A stretch of DNA of 64,000 bases, from positions 1,003,985 to 1,067,984 of the forward strand of contig MU057887.1 in the NCBI GenBank assembly GCA_013265495.1, given 5' to 3'. The notes under the pieces are model-generated. The model made no database searches and was not told where the DNA came from. It saw nothing but the letters and a program-made list of their open reading frames with translations. The DNA comes from Vicugna vicugna. Its lineage: Eukaryota. The translations under genes were made by a program, and so were the position numbers. How positions within the stretch are numbered: position 1 is the first letter of the stretch; every line of letters begins with the position of its first letter. Positions 1-9,821 of this stretch are shown piece after piece.

Positions 1-1319
1 CCGAGCCACACAATGACCCTTTCATCAGGCTCAGGGAGCCCTGGGCCGGGGTTTCATCTGACAAGGGAGGGCGCCCGGCCTCCTGTCCTCTTGCTGGGGG
101 AGGGGGGTGAGCCCTATCTGAGCCGGACCCCAGGCCACACAAAATGGAGGTTTCAGAGGAGCCAGCTGAAGCCCCTCCATCTGCCCCAGGAGGAGAGAAG
201 CCCCAAGAGGTTAGAGGATTGGCCGCAGGCTGCACAGAGGGGCCGGGTTCTGGGTACCCCCAGCCCTGAGCTGACAGAGGGTCTGCGTCTCCCCAGTCAA
301 GACCTCCATCCCACCTCATCCCCTCTCCTGCCTCGACCCTCAGGGTCTACCCAGGGCAGTCGGATGACAGCATTGGTCCAGATCCCCAGCAGGGGTCTGG
401 GCTTCCCACAGGCTGAGCAACCCTGGCCCCTGATCCCCTAGGCTGGCACAGAGTTCTGGGGGACACAGTGGGGTGGGGGAGAGGCAGGCAGAGTGAACTT
501 CTAGCCCTGTATCCACAGTGTCCACCAGAGAAGCCAAAGAAGTAAGTGCAGTCAGGGCCTCAAAACTCACCTCCCTTCGTGGCGACCTCCCCTGTCCAGA
601 GCCCCTCCAGCAGCTGCCTGTACCGGCCCCAAGGCCCCAGGGCCCCGGGGTGCCTCTCCCTATCAGGCCACCACAGGCAGTGGAGGTGGTCCCAGAGCCA
701 GGAGAGCTGCTACCCTGGGCTCTGGGTGACCTGAGGAGATGGCCTCTCCACTGGACCCCAGCATTCTTGTCTGCCTGCCTCAGCAAGATGCTGTGAACTT
801 CGCTGGGTGAATGTGTTTGATGGTGAGTATCGTTCCTTCTTCGGTGAGTCTCTCTCTCATGCCCCTGTTGAGTCTGGGCATCTCCTACCCATCCTTCAAA
901 ACCCTGTTTAGGTCTCACCTCCTCTGGGAAGCCCTTCAAGATACCCTAGAGAGTTCATCATTCTCTCCTGAACAAGCACAGCCACAGGACCTCCCTCCGT
1001 CCCTGGTGGCCAGCCTCCCTGTTCCTAATAGCTGACAGTGACCCCACCTTCTGAGCGCTTCCTGTATGTGAAGCACCCGCTGGGCCCACCTCAGCACCTA
1101 CTTGTTGAATTCTCACACCCCCGCCACCCAGAAGGCTCATGTTCCCATGGCCCCCACCCTACAGAGGACATAGCCAAGGTTACAGGATGCACCGAGGCAG
1201 TAAAAGGAGGACAGGGACATGAACCTAGGATCTGGGTCACCATCAGGCCCCTTGCTTGGCCTCACAAGGACGGAGGGGAAACCTGGTTGGGAAACTGGCC
1301 CTCCTCCTGCGGGCCTCAG

Positions 1320-1507
1320 TGTATAGCTGCAGACAGAGAACGAGATTCAATTTCCTGTAATAAGCTACAATGGAAAAGAATCTGAAAACATGTGCACGTA
1401 TATATATATATATATATACATGTATACATATAACCGAACAGCTTTGCCATGCGCCTGAAACTAACATTGTAAAGCAACTACACTTCAATAAAATATAAGA
1501 TAAAAAA
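1320..1507 (+). mobile_element. L1 3' UTR fragment (artiodactyl type) with internal (TA)n
   Basis: ...tacaatggaaaagaatctgaaaa...(ta)n...cctgaaactaacattgtaaagcaactacacttcaataaaa plus A-rich tail, typical of cetartiodactyl L1 3' ends. Confidence 0.85.
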
Positions 1508-4500
1508 TGTATATATCTATATCACTGCAGAGTCTACTGCAACCCCAGGAGGAAGGATGCGGGGCCCCACCTTCCCATCCCCATCCCAGCCCGCCTGCCC
1601 CACACACAGAGGGTTGAGAGAATCATTTCCAAAATACAGCCTTTCCCCCTCTAACCATAGGTTGATGAGTCTCACTCACAGAGCAACGATTCCTTGGAGG
1701 CCGCTGTGATTAGCGCAGCTCTGTCCGTACATCTTGAGCTGCGGGTCCCCTTGAGGGGTTGAGATTTTGCCAGGTTCCCCAGCTCTGACCGCCCGTGTGC
1801 ACACCACTCTACAGAGCCACACGTGCCTTTGAATCCCAGTGGTGTGTGGGCCTGACCTGAGCCCGCGGTGGAAGGATCTTCATCCCCAAGTGACCAAAGA
1901 GGAGACAGAGGCCCAGAGAGGCCCAGGGACCTTTCTGAGACCACACAGCAGAATTCCTCCCACACTTGGGCAGTCACAGTCTCCTAGGCTGGGAACTGCT
2001 CCTCCCAAGGGTGACCTGTCCACGCCTGAGCCAGTGGCCCCCTTCTGCACCCACATGGGCTGTGATGCCATGGGAGTGGGCCTGATTCAGCACCCCCCCC
2101 CAAGGTCATGCCCACAGGGCTTCTGGGACTGCGGTTGGCACCACCAATAAAGCCACAGCGGCAGAGCCGGGAAGAGGCCCAGCCTTGGCAGGGCAGTGGT
2201 GAGCGCCCCTCACCCCCCACAGCCAGGTGGTCGGTGAGTAACTGCCCCGTCACCATGACTCACTCGGCTCCCCAGAGCGGGCGGTCACCATGAGAAACTC
2301 GTACCGGAAGATCTGGGGGGATCATTGCAGCCAACCCCCACATCTGGGAGAGGGGGGCCAGGACCGGAAGGGACCTGCCCAGGACAGTAGGTCGGGCTTG
2401 TCCTGGCACAAGACCTCCGCCAGGCCCCCATACCAGCTGACCTCACACCGCAGGCCCTCTTCCCGGCCTGCGGTCCCCCACCTGCCCTCCCTTCAGCCCT
2501 GGCTAACCCCCACCGGCCCTAAGATCTCCTGCTCTGACAACAGAGCAGCACTGGCCAGAGCTGCCCCAAACGGCCTGCCGGGCCAAGCTCAGAGTCCGGC
2601 AGGAGCTCAGGGCTCTTCCAGGCCAGCACACCCGTCTGACCCGATCAGTGGCAGGGGCCCAGGCATGCATCTGGGATTCTCTGTGCACGGACCACAGCCC
2701 AGGACAGGGAGCTGGGAGAGCAGCCCAGATGAAAGGGGCAGGATCAATTGTCCGCCCGTGTTTGTGATCCCAGCAATGGATGCCTTCTGGAAAGTTCTCT
2801 GGAGCAGAAAGAAGCCTCCGCCCAGGGCCCCTCCTGCCCCGGCATTCTCAGATTCCACAGGGCCCACCCTCTGGAGCATTATTGCCTTCCTAGGGGGTGC
2901 TTACCAGGGATCCCCAACAGTGAGCAAAGCACACTGCACTGGCTACCTCACCTGCACTCAGGCCTCAGTAGGATCTTCTTACCACGCTCCCTTTCACCGG
3001 CATCGCTGGGGCCCTGCTCCCACCCGTGGCATCTTACACACTTTGTTAGCCCCGTGCCCACCAGCAAGCAGGGAAACCCCAGAGAGTCTGGGGCCCCCCT
3101 TGCTCACTCTCAGAACATCAGAGTTCGTTTCTGCTCAGGAAAAGCTGGAATCAGCACTTTCCTCCCCTGGGGCTGAAGGTCAGGCTGGACTGGCACTGGG
3201 GCAAGGGTTGCTGAAGGCAAGGCAGGGGGCAGAGTCTGTCTTACTGCTCCCCCTCCACCACCCACTCCAGACCCCCACACTGGCCCAGCAACGTTTGGGA
3301 AAGCAATTGCCTTTGGAGAATTTCTGCCAACAAAGCTGGCAGTGCACACTGGAGGAGTGAGCTTATGTGGGCACAGATGGTAGTCCCTGCAGGCCTGAAT
3401 TTGGGGTGCCAACCCCTAAGGAAAACTTGGGGGCCTATGGAGGTATATTGCCCACCACCTGCCCCAGAGCCCCTCGCTGCTGCCCTGGCATCCCCTCTTA
3501 CCGGCTCCTGAGCCCGGTGCCCACCTCCTCCGTGATTCTTGCTCCAACCACCCCAGGAGAACTCCTGGTTTTCCACCCTTGGACCCCCCCCCCGCCACCA
3601 TGAATGCCAAACCTCAGCCAGCTGGCTCCCAGAGTGGTTTCTTAAGCAGAGGAGCTGCTGATTCTCTAGCAAATATTCAGGTTGAGAAGCTGGGGATTCT
3701 GGGGAGGGGGAGGCTTCCCGATCTCAGCCTCCGACCTCTGAGAATCAGTCTGAGGTCTCAAGACCTCCTGGGTTGAGCCGTTTCCCTCCAGGAGGGACGC
3801 CAGATGCAGGACTCTGGCCTGGCACTTTCCTAGCCTGCGTCCCCGATGATCAGGCGGTCCCGCCCGGCTCCGCGCCCTGCCCCGGCGGCCTGCCCCCCGC
3901 CCCTACCCCAGGCGATGCCTCCGCAGCCGGGGCTGCCCGCCGGGCCTGGAGCGCTCTCTGCGCCTGGACCTTGTAATTATGTCCCACAGCCCGGGAAACC
4001 GCGGGCCTCGCAGCATCTGGCTGCGGTTGCGAACTTTTGTTTCAAGATGCGCGACTATTTATAGAAGGAAAACTGGTAGGATAGTAATTTCCTAGGAGCT
4101 GGAGGAGAAATTGGCTGCGTCTCTATTAAAAGGGGGTGGGGGCGCGACGATTTATTAGGACTGCGGCCGCGCAGGGGGGAGGGGATGGCACAGGGAGCGG
4201 GAAGGCAGCGGCTGCCCCCTCTGGCCGCGTTAGGCGACCCCGGACGTGGCCCGCGTGTAAAGGAAGGGGAGGGGGAGGGGAGAGAAGGGGAGGGAGAACT
4301 GGTTCTGAGGTTTAATCAGTAGCATCCAGCTTAAATTCCCCCAAACGGCGGTTCCATAAATCAAACTTCTTTTTAAATCGGAGGCCAGAGCATATGAGTC
4401 CCATTAGGAATCGGGCGAAGCCACCGCTGCGCCGACGCGCCCCTCGGCTCTCTGGGCCCGGTCGGGCCCTGCCCGGAGCTTCCCCGAGCCCCCCGGGCAC

Positions 4501-5179
4501 GGCCCGAGCCGACGCACACGCGCGCCCGCGCTCCTCGCGCTGCCTTGGCCGGGACACCTGGGCGCACCTCGGCCGGCCGCCCGCGCGCGCCTGTGCGCCC
4601 GCCTCGCCCCAGGTGAGGAGCCTGCCGGGGCGAGAGGCAGGCCGCTCAGCTCGGCGGGAAGGCGCGCAAAGCCGCAGCAACCTCGGAAGGCAGCTGGGGC
4701 GCTGACTGGTGGAAGGCAGCGGGCACGTGTGTGCCAGTGTGTACGCGGGAGAGCCGGCGTGCGCGTTTAGCCCTCTCGAATGCGGGCTGCGTTTATTCAT
4801 ACAGGGAGGGGGATCCTGTGGGTCTAGGACTCAGCTGGAACGCGCAGGGAATCTCCGCGCTGCCCGCGCGCCCTCGGGCCCTCGCGCTCGGTGCGCACAG
4901 CCAGGTCTATGGGGACTGTCAGGCCTCTAGCGGGACACCCTTTTTCTGAGCTCAAAGCCAGAACTCACAGCCTCGGCCAGCCCCCTAATTCCTCAACAGT
5001 GGCCGCTTAGGCCGGCGAGGAGACCCAAAGTACCCCCTCTCCCGTGCCCGCCGGGCACCCAGCGCCCCGCCCAGGGACCTCACTGCCTCGCTTTCCCTGC
5101 TCGCCCAGTTCCAGAGCTGGAGGCCGGGGAGGGTGCCCCCCACCGCCCGCCCCCCACGCGTGTGGTCCGCGGCACTCAC

Positions 5180-5262
5180 AGGTAGCTGCCGCTGGACAGG
5201 ATGAGAAAGATCTGCGGGCAATAGATGGAGAGGAGCGCGCTGCGCGGTGACAGCAGGAGCAT
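5180..5262 (-). CDS. WNT7B: WNT7B alternative first coding exon 1b (alternative signal peptide, MLL isoform)
   Basis: CCCACC-ATG at 5262 with an in-frame TAG 18 nt upstream (5280-5278). 83 nt encode MLLLSPRSALLSIYCPQIFLILSSGSY+CT, then donor CT|GTGAGT (5179-5174), phase 2 like exon 1a. Resembles the alternative Wnt7b N-terminus I recall from mouse (MLLLSPRSAL...). Not annotated in this frame by the ORF track. Confidence 0.9.
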
Positions 5263-5374
5263 GGTGGGCCGACGCTCCTAGCGGGGCTGGGCAGGCCCCT
5301 TGGGCAGAGCACCTGGGCCAGCTGAGGCTGGGGTCTCCGCGGCCCTCCCCAAGGTAGGGCGGCGGCACGAGGCG

Positions 5375-5440
5375 CTAGGGACCCGGACGCGCGGGCTCCG
5401 GCTTGGTGGTCACCCGTGCCCGACAACCAAGGCCGTGCAT
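5375..5440 (-). other. uORF in the presumed exon 1b 5' UTR (21 aa, MHGLGCRARVTTKPEPARPGP)
   Basis: GAG-ATG-C at 5440; TAG ends at 5375, 112 nt before the exon 1b ATG. Confidence 0.4.
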
Positions 5441-7229
5441 CTCGCTGGGACTGGGGCTGGGGCTGCGGTGGGCGCTGGGGCTGGAGTGCCGGGCGGGAGA
5501 GTGGGCAGTGGGCAGCTGGTGCGCCTCGGCCGCCGTCTGGCCCCTCGTCCGTCGATCGGTCGGAACCGGCTCTGTCCTTCACTCTGGCTCACGTCTTCAA
5601 GTCTCCTGAGGCGCGCAGCTGCCATTGGACGGGCCACCCCTACATCCGCCTCCTCCGCGGGCGGGTTTTTTAAAGGGGAGGCTGACCGAAGCGTGCGGCG
5701 GGAGCCGCCTCCAGGGCTTGCCCAAACTGCCTTGGCTGAGACAACAGCCCCCACCCCAACCAACTTCAGCGAGCCACACCGACCTGGCCTGCTCCGGAGG
5801 GTGCACCTTGGGGGAGGCACTGCGGGGGAACCGCGCGGGGGCGTGCACTGCTCCTGGGGACTGTGCTCCCCGTGTGTGCTCCCGTGTGCATGCGCGTGCC
5901 TGTATGTGCTTGTGTGTGCCTGCGGGAGCGTGGGCGCTTCTGTGAGGGGGCTAGTGTGTGCGCACAAATGCACTGTGTTTTCTGCGCCTCTGTCTGCGCG
6001 CGCCCCTGGGTGAGACTGGCTGTGTGTCACATGCACTCACTGCCATAACCAACCAGGCCCAGCGAGGTATGGTTCACCTGTGCACAAGCCCACTGGTGTC
6101 TCTGCCGGGTCCTGCCTCTGAGTCTCTTCGGAGAGGCTGACAGTGGGAAGGCACCTCCAACAAGGGCACAGAGGCCCCCAACTCTGGCTTCCCCTTCACT
6201 TCTTTTGCTCTCCTTTGAGGGACTGTTTGGGATAGATGTGGGGAGGAGTGGATCCACAAGAACACACTTTCTCCCAACAAGCCTCCTTCCAGTGACTTTT
6301 TTAGGCCCAAAACACAGATTTTGAGTCCCACCTCTTACTGTCTGCCGAGCCTGGCTGCACATGAATGTCCCTCTTGGTGCAGTGTAGACAGACCCTTAGG
6401 AGTTAAGGCACAAATAGAGTAGATGATACAAGAAAAGAGGTCTGTGCAGTATGGCCAGTGGTCCCAGAGAGTAGATTTCCTGGCTTCTAGATCTGACGTG
6501 AAGACCTCTCCCCAGTGGCCAGGAGGAGGGGGCCTCTCAGGCCCCTGTGTGCCCTTCTGCCTCTCCTGGCCCCAAGAGCAGGAGGCAGGCATGGAACAAG
6601 GCTGGTCCTGGGGCTTTATGACCCCAGTTCCAGTGGGCAGAGGGTGCTCAGACTCCAGATGGCTCCTCCCAGCCCTGGCTTGGCCTCCTCCAGGGCTGCG
6701 GCTTGGAGGCTGCTCGGTTCCAAAGCGAGAACTGTGACTCCTCACAGCCATTTGTTTTGAAATTGCTCCAAATCCGAGGCACATCCACTCTTGAAGCCCC
6801 CATCCGCAAAAGGATTTCAAGGGCTGAGTTCTCCGTTCCCGCCCACCCAGGAGCTCACCCCTGGGCTGCACATCTGCACTGGCGCCCGGGCTGAGGGGCA
6901 CGTGCATGTGTGGTGGCTGCATGTGCAGAGGTGAGGAGGGGGGAGCACCTCCCTATGTTCAAAAACAGAGGGGTGTGGGGTGTGGACTGGGGGTGGGGGG
7001 GCTGTCATCACAGAATATTCCCCCAACACATACATCTCAGATATTTGCTTTGAACTTTTATGTCCCCCAAATCCCAGCTCCTGGAGTTCGTGGTACACTG
7101 TCTGGAGGAGTCCCCAGGTGCCTGCAGTAGCTGTGATATCATTAACAACAGAGAGATTTAACTTTATCGGGACAGCCTCCACCCCCAGAGCAAAGGCCCT
7201 GAACTAACAACCTGCCCAGTACCCAGTGA

Positions 7230-7345
7230 AGGAAGTGTAATTACCCCATTTTTCAGATGAGGGAAGGTGGGCTGGGAGGTTAAAGAGCTCCCCCAAGGCC
7301 ACCCAGTGAGGAGCCAGGGGAGGCTGGACCCCCCCAAAACTTGTC
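7230..7345 (-). mobile_element. MIR SINE relic
   Basis: cccatttttcagatgagggaagg...gaggttaaagag...ccaaggccac, reverse of the MIR core. Confidence 0.65.
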
Positions 7346-8464
7346 CTTCATGCACTGGGCTTCTAGGTCACTTAGCCTCTTGAGTCACGTTTGGGGCCCT
7401 CTGCCCCTCCTCCCTACCTTGTGCAGCCAAGATGACTTGCAAAGAAAGCAAGCCCCTTCACTGCCATACGGGAACCAGAAATGTGGTCCTGGCAGGGGCT
7501 GAGCCCCTCCCTTCTCTCCCCTCCTCTTAGCAGATCCCAGGGCGGCTCTCTGACTTTCCGGGATGTGGTTCCACAGGGGGGTTTGGAGATCACGTCTTCT
7601 CTCCTCCTGGGCGTGGGAGAGTATGTGTTTTAGGAGGCAGGCCAGGGAGAGGAGTCCCCCCTCAGGGCTCCTTGGTGGGGACAGAGATAGAGCCAGGGCC
7701 ACTGTCAGGCTGTCTCACACTCTCCCAGAGAGGCTGGCACAGGTGCCCAGGGGCACAGGCTGAGTCTCACCCACTGAGCTCCTCTCTACTCAGACACTGG
7801 CCACCCTCCTGTTAAGGGTGGCCAGAGCTGCGGTCACACTTGCAGAGGAGAATGGGAGGCTCAGGAAGGGGCGGAGAGGGGGAACCTGCCTGTGGTCACC
7901 TGGACCTCGAGCCCTAGTCCCAGCCTTTGGAGTCCGGGCTGGGCCCCAGCCTTCAGCTCCTTCTGCTTCTTGGGGCTGGGGAGGCAGGAGCTGATTCATA
8001 GAGCACTTCCCACAGGAAGAGGGGTCCATGGTGGAAGTCCCAGCTCTGCCACTTACTCTTGTGGACAATTGACTTGTCCACATCTTTGCTCCATCTTTCC
8101 TAATACTTAACATGGAGAGAGTAAAAGCACTTACCTCCAGGGCTGCCAGAAGGCAGCAAGGCCCAGTCAGCAGAGAGCAAACCTCATTAGGTGTTGCCTA
8201 CTGCTTTAGGGAGCCCAGGCAGAGTACCCACAGGGGCTACTGGAGAGTCTGGAAAACAGTGCCTCCTTCCCCAACCACACCCCCGCCAGCCAACTCAACG
8301 CACTGCACCCTCACCTCCCGTAAACAAACACCCAGGGACACAGCCTACACACAGACCCACAATAAACAGAGCCACCAGCAGCCACAGACACGCCCACCCA
8401 GCCCTGCAGAGTTGAGGCTAGGACAGGGAGCTTCCAGCCCTGTCTCTGAGGCCACTGGCCTCAG

Positions 8465-8545
8465 TCCCTGACTGCCCTGGGCCTCAGTTTCTCCATCTGT
8501 AAAATGGCGGAGGAGGCGATGGGTGGAGTGGCGATGGATGAAATT
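8465..8545 (+). mobile_element. MIR SINE relic
   Basis: gcctcagtttctccatctgtaaaatgg MIR core. Confidence 0.7.
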
Positions 8546-8954
8546 ATTCTCAGGTTGGTTTCTACCTCTCAGCCTGGGAGGCCCGTCTCCAGAGGCACTG
8601 GGGCGGCCAGCCCTCGGGGTTGTTCGCCGGCGTTGCTCCCAGGCCAGGACCCGCCTGCCTTCCCGCCGCTGGCAGTTCATAGCAGGCGCGCAGGGTGCAT
8701 CGGAGCCCGGAGCCGAGGGCGCCCCGGGCGAGGTGCACCAAACCCCCTCACGGTCACACTGCTCCCCCCCACCCCACTTCGAGCGAGGCCGAGACAGATT
8801 CCGTCTAAAGGAGATCGCAGCTCAACAGGTAAGGACTCGGCTGGGTTCAGGAATGTGGAAATACGACTCGGAGCAGCTACAGCAGCGAGCAGCGAGCGCG
8901 GCCCGCCGGGCGCCCGCCCGCCCGCCGGGCCGCGCGGAGGGGGAGCGCGGCGAG

Positions 8955-9148
8955 NNNNNNNNNNNNNNNNNNNNNNNNNNNNNNNNNNNNNNNNNNNNNN
9001 NNNNNNNNNNNNNNNNNNNNNNNNNNNNNNNNNNNNNNNNNNNNNNNNNNNNNNNNNNNNNNNNNNNNNNNNNNNNNNNNNNNNNNNNNNNNNNNNNNNN
9101 NNNNNNNNNNNNNNNNNNNNNNNNNNNNNNNNNNNNNNNNNNNNNNNN
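8955..9148. other. Assembly gap (194 N) in the GC-richest part of the CpG island
   Basis: Run of N flanked by extremely GC-rich sequence. Confidence 1.
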
Positions 9149-9553
9149 AGCCCCCCGCCCCCCGCCCCGGCGCGCCCTCCAGGCGGCGAGCGCCCGGCCC
9201 GGGCTCCGCGCCCAGCGCAGCCCGGGGGAGGGAAGGCGCGTCCCACCCCCGGGGCCTGGAGCCCAAACAGGTGAAAGTACGCGCCGGGCACGCTCGCCGC
9301 TACCCGCGAGCCTGACCGCCCGCGCGTCCTGCTCTCCCTCCTCCAGCCGTGGGCCGCGTGCCCCTGCGGAGTACCCGCGGCTCAAAGAGCTCAGCCGCGT
9401 CTCTGCCGGACCGGGACGAGGGTCCAACACACAGGCCAGTCCCGGATCCCAGAGATCCACCTATGTCCCCCTCCTGTCCCCACGTCCCCTGGAGGCGACT
9501 CCTGCCGGCTGCTCTGATCCCGGGCAGCGGCCCCTGCCCACGAGGCTACTCAC

Positions 9554-9624
9554 CCGAGCTTCACGTAAAGAACGCCAAAGCAGAGAAACACGTAGAAAAT
9601 CCACTTGCGAAAGTTTCTGTGCAT
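9554..9624 (-). CDS. WNT7B: WNT7B first coding exon 1a (signal peptide of the canonical isoform)
   Basis: Minus strand from ATG at 9624 reads MHRNFRKWIFYVFLCFGVLYVKL+GG (71 nt), the known WNT7B N-terminus (WNT7A begins MNRKARR). It is followed by donor GG|GTGAGT at 9553-9548, phase 2, and lies in a CpG island. Confidence 0.97.
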
Positions 9625-9724
9625 GATCCAGGGAGGGGGTCTGCGCCATAGACAGCAGCGGCCGGAAGGGACGCGTGGGCCTAGCGGGGAACGGGCAGGA
9701 GAGGGGGGCTTCCGTGGACAGCTC

Positions 9725-9787
9725 TCAGCCAGCGTTGCGGCTCCGGCGGCCGGCGACGCGCGGGCACCCGGCGCGCGCTGCCACCAT
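9725..9787 (-). other. uORF in the presumed exon 1a 5' UTR (20 aa, MVAARAGCPRVAGRRSRNAG)
   Basis: CTCACC-ATG-G strong Kozak context at 9787; TGA ends at 9725, 100 nt before the main ATG. Requires a TSS above 9787. Confidence 0.55.
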
Positions 9788-9798
9788 GGTGAGCCCTG

Positions 9799-9821
9799 GC
9801 CGCCGCCGCCGCCGCCGCCGC
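9799..9821 (-). repeat. (GCG/CGG)7 trinucleotide repeat in the WNT7B 5' region
   Basis: Plus strand (CGC)7 at 9801-9821. Confidence 0.9.

Larger units (their letters stand above)
3830..6010 (-). promoter_or_regulatory. WNT7B: CpG island containing the alternative WNT7B promoter/exon 1b and its downstream intron
   Basis: Dense CpGs from ~3830 to ~6010 around exon 1b; ATTGG (CCAAT) 5624-5628; T/A run TTTTTTAAA 5666-5674. Confidence 0.8.

Noticed and set aside
2290..3360. 356-aa ORF, and similar long ORFs such as 33782-34615, 26167-26952 and 30123-30860
   Set aside because: Pro/Gly/Arg/Ser/Ala-rich with no recognisable domain, overlapping ORFs in several frames; expected by chance in GC-rich DNA. 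The first is antisense within a WNT7B intron.
8504..9626. Long ORFs containing X runs
   Set aside because: They stay open only because they read through the N gap.
9780..9794. GCCACCATGGTGAGC, identical to the Kozak-EGFP start
   Set aside because: It does not continue as AAGGGCGAG and is embedded in native CpG-island sequence; coincidence, not vector contamination.
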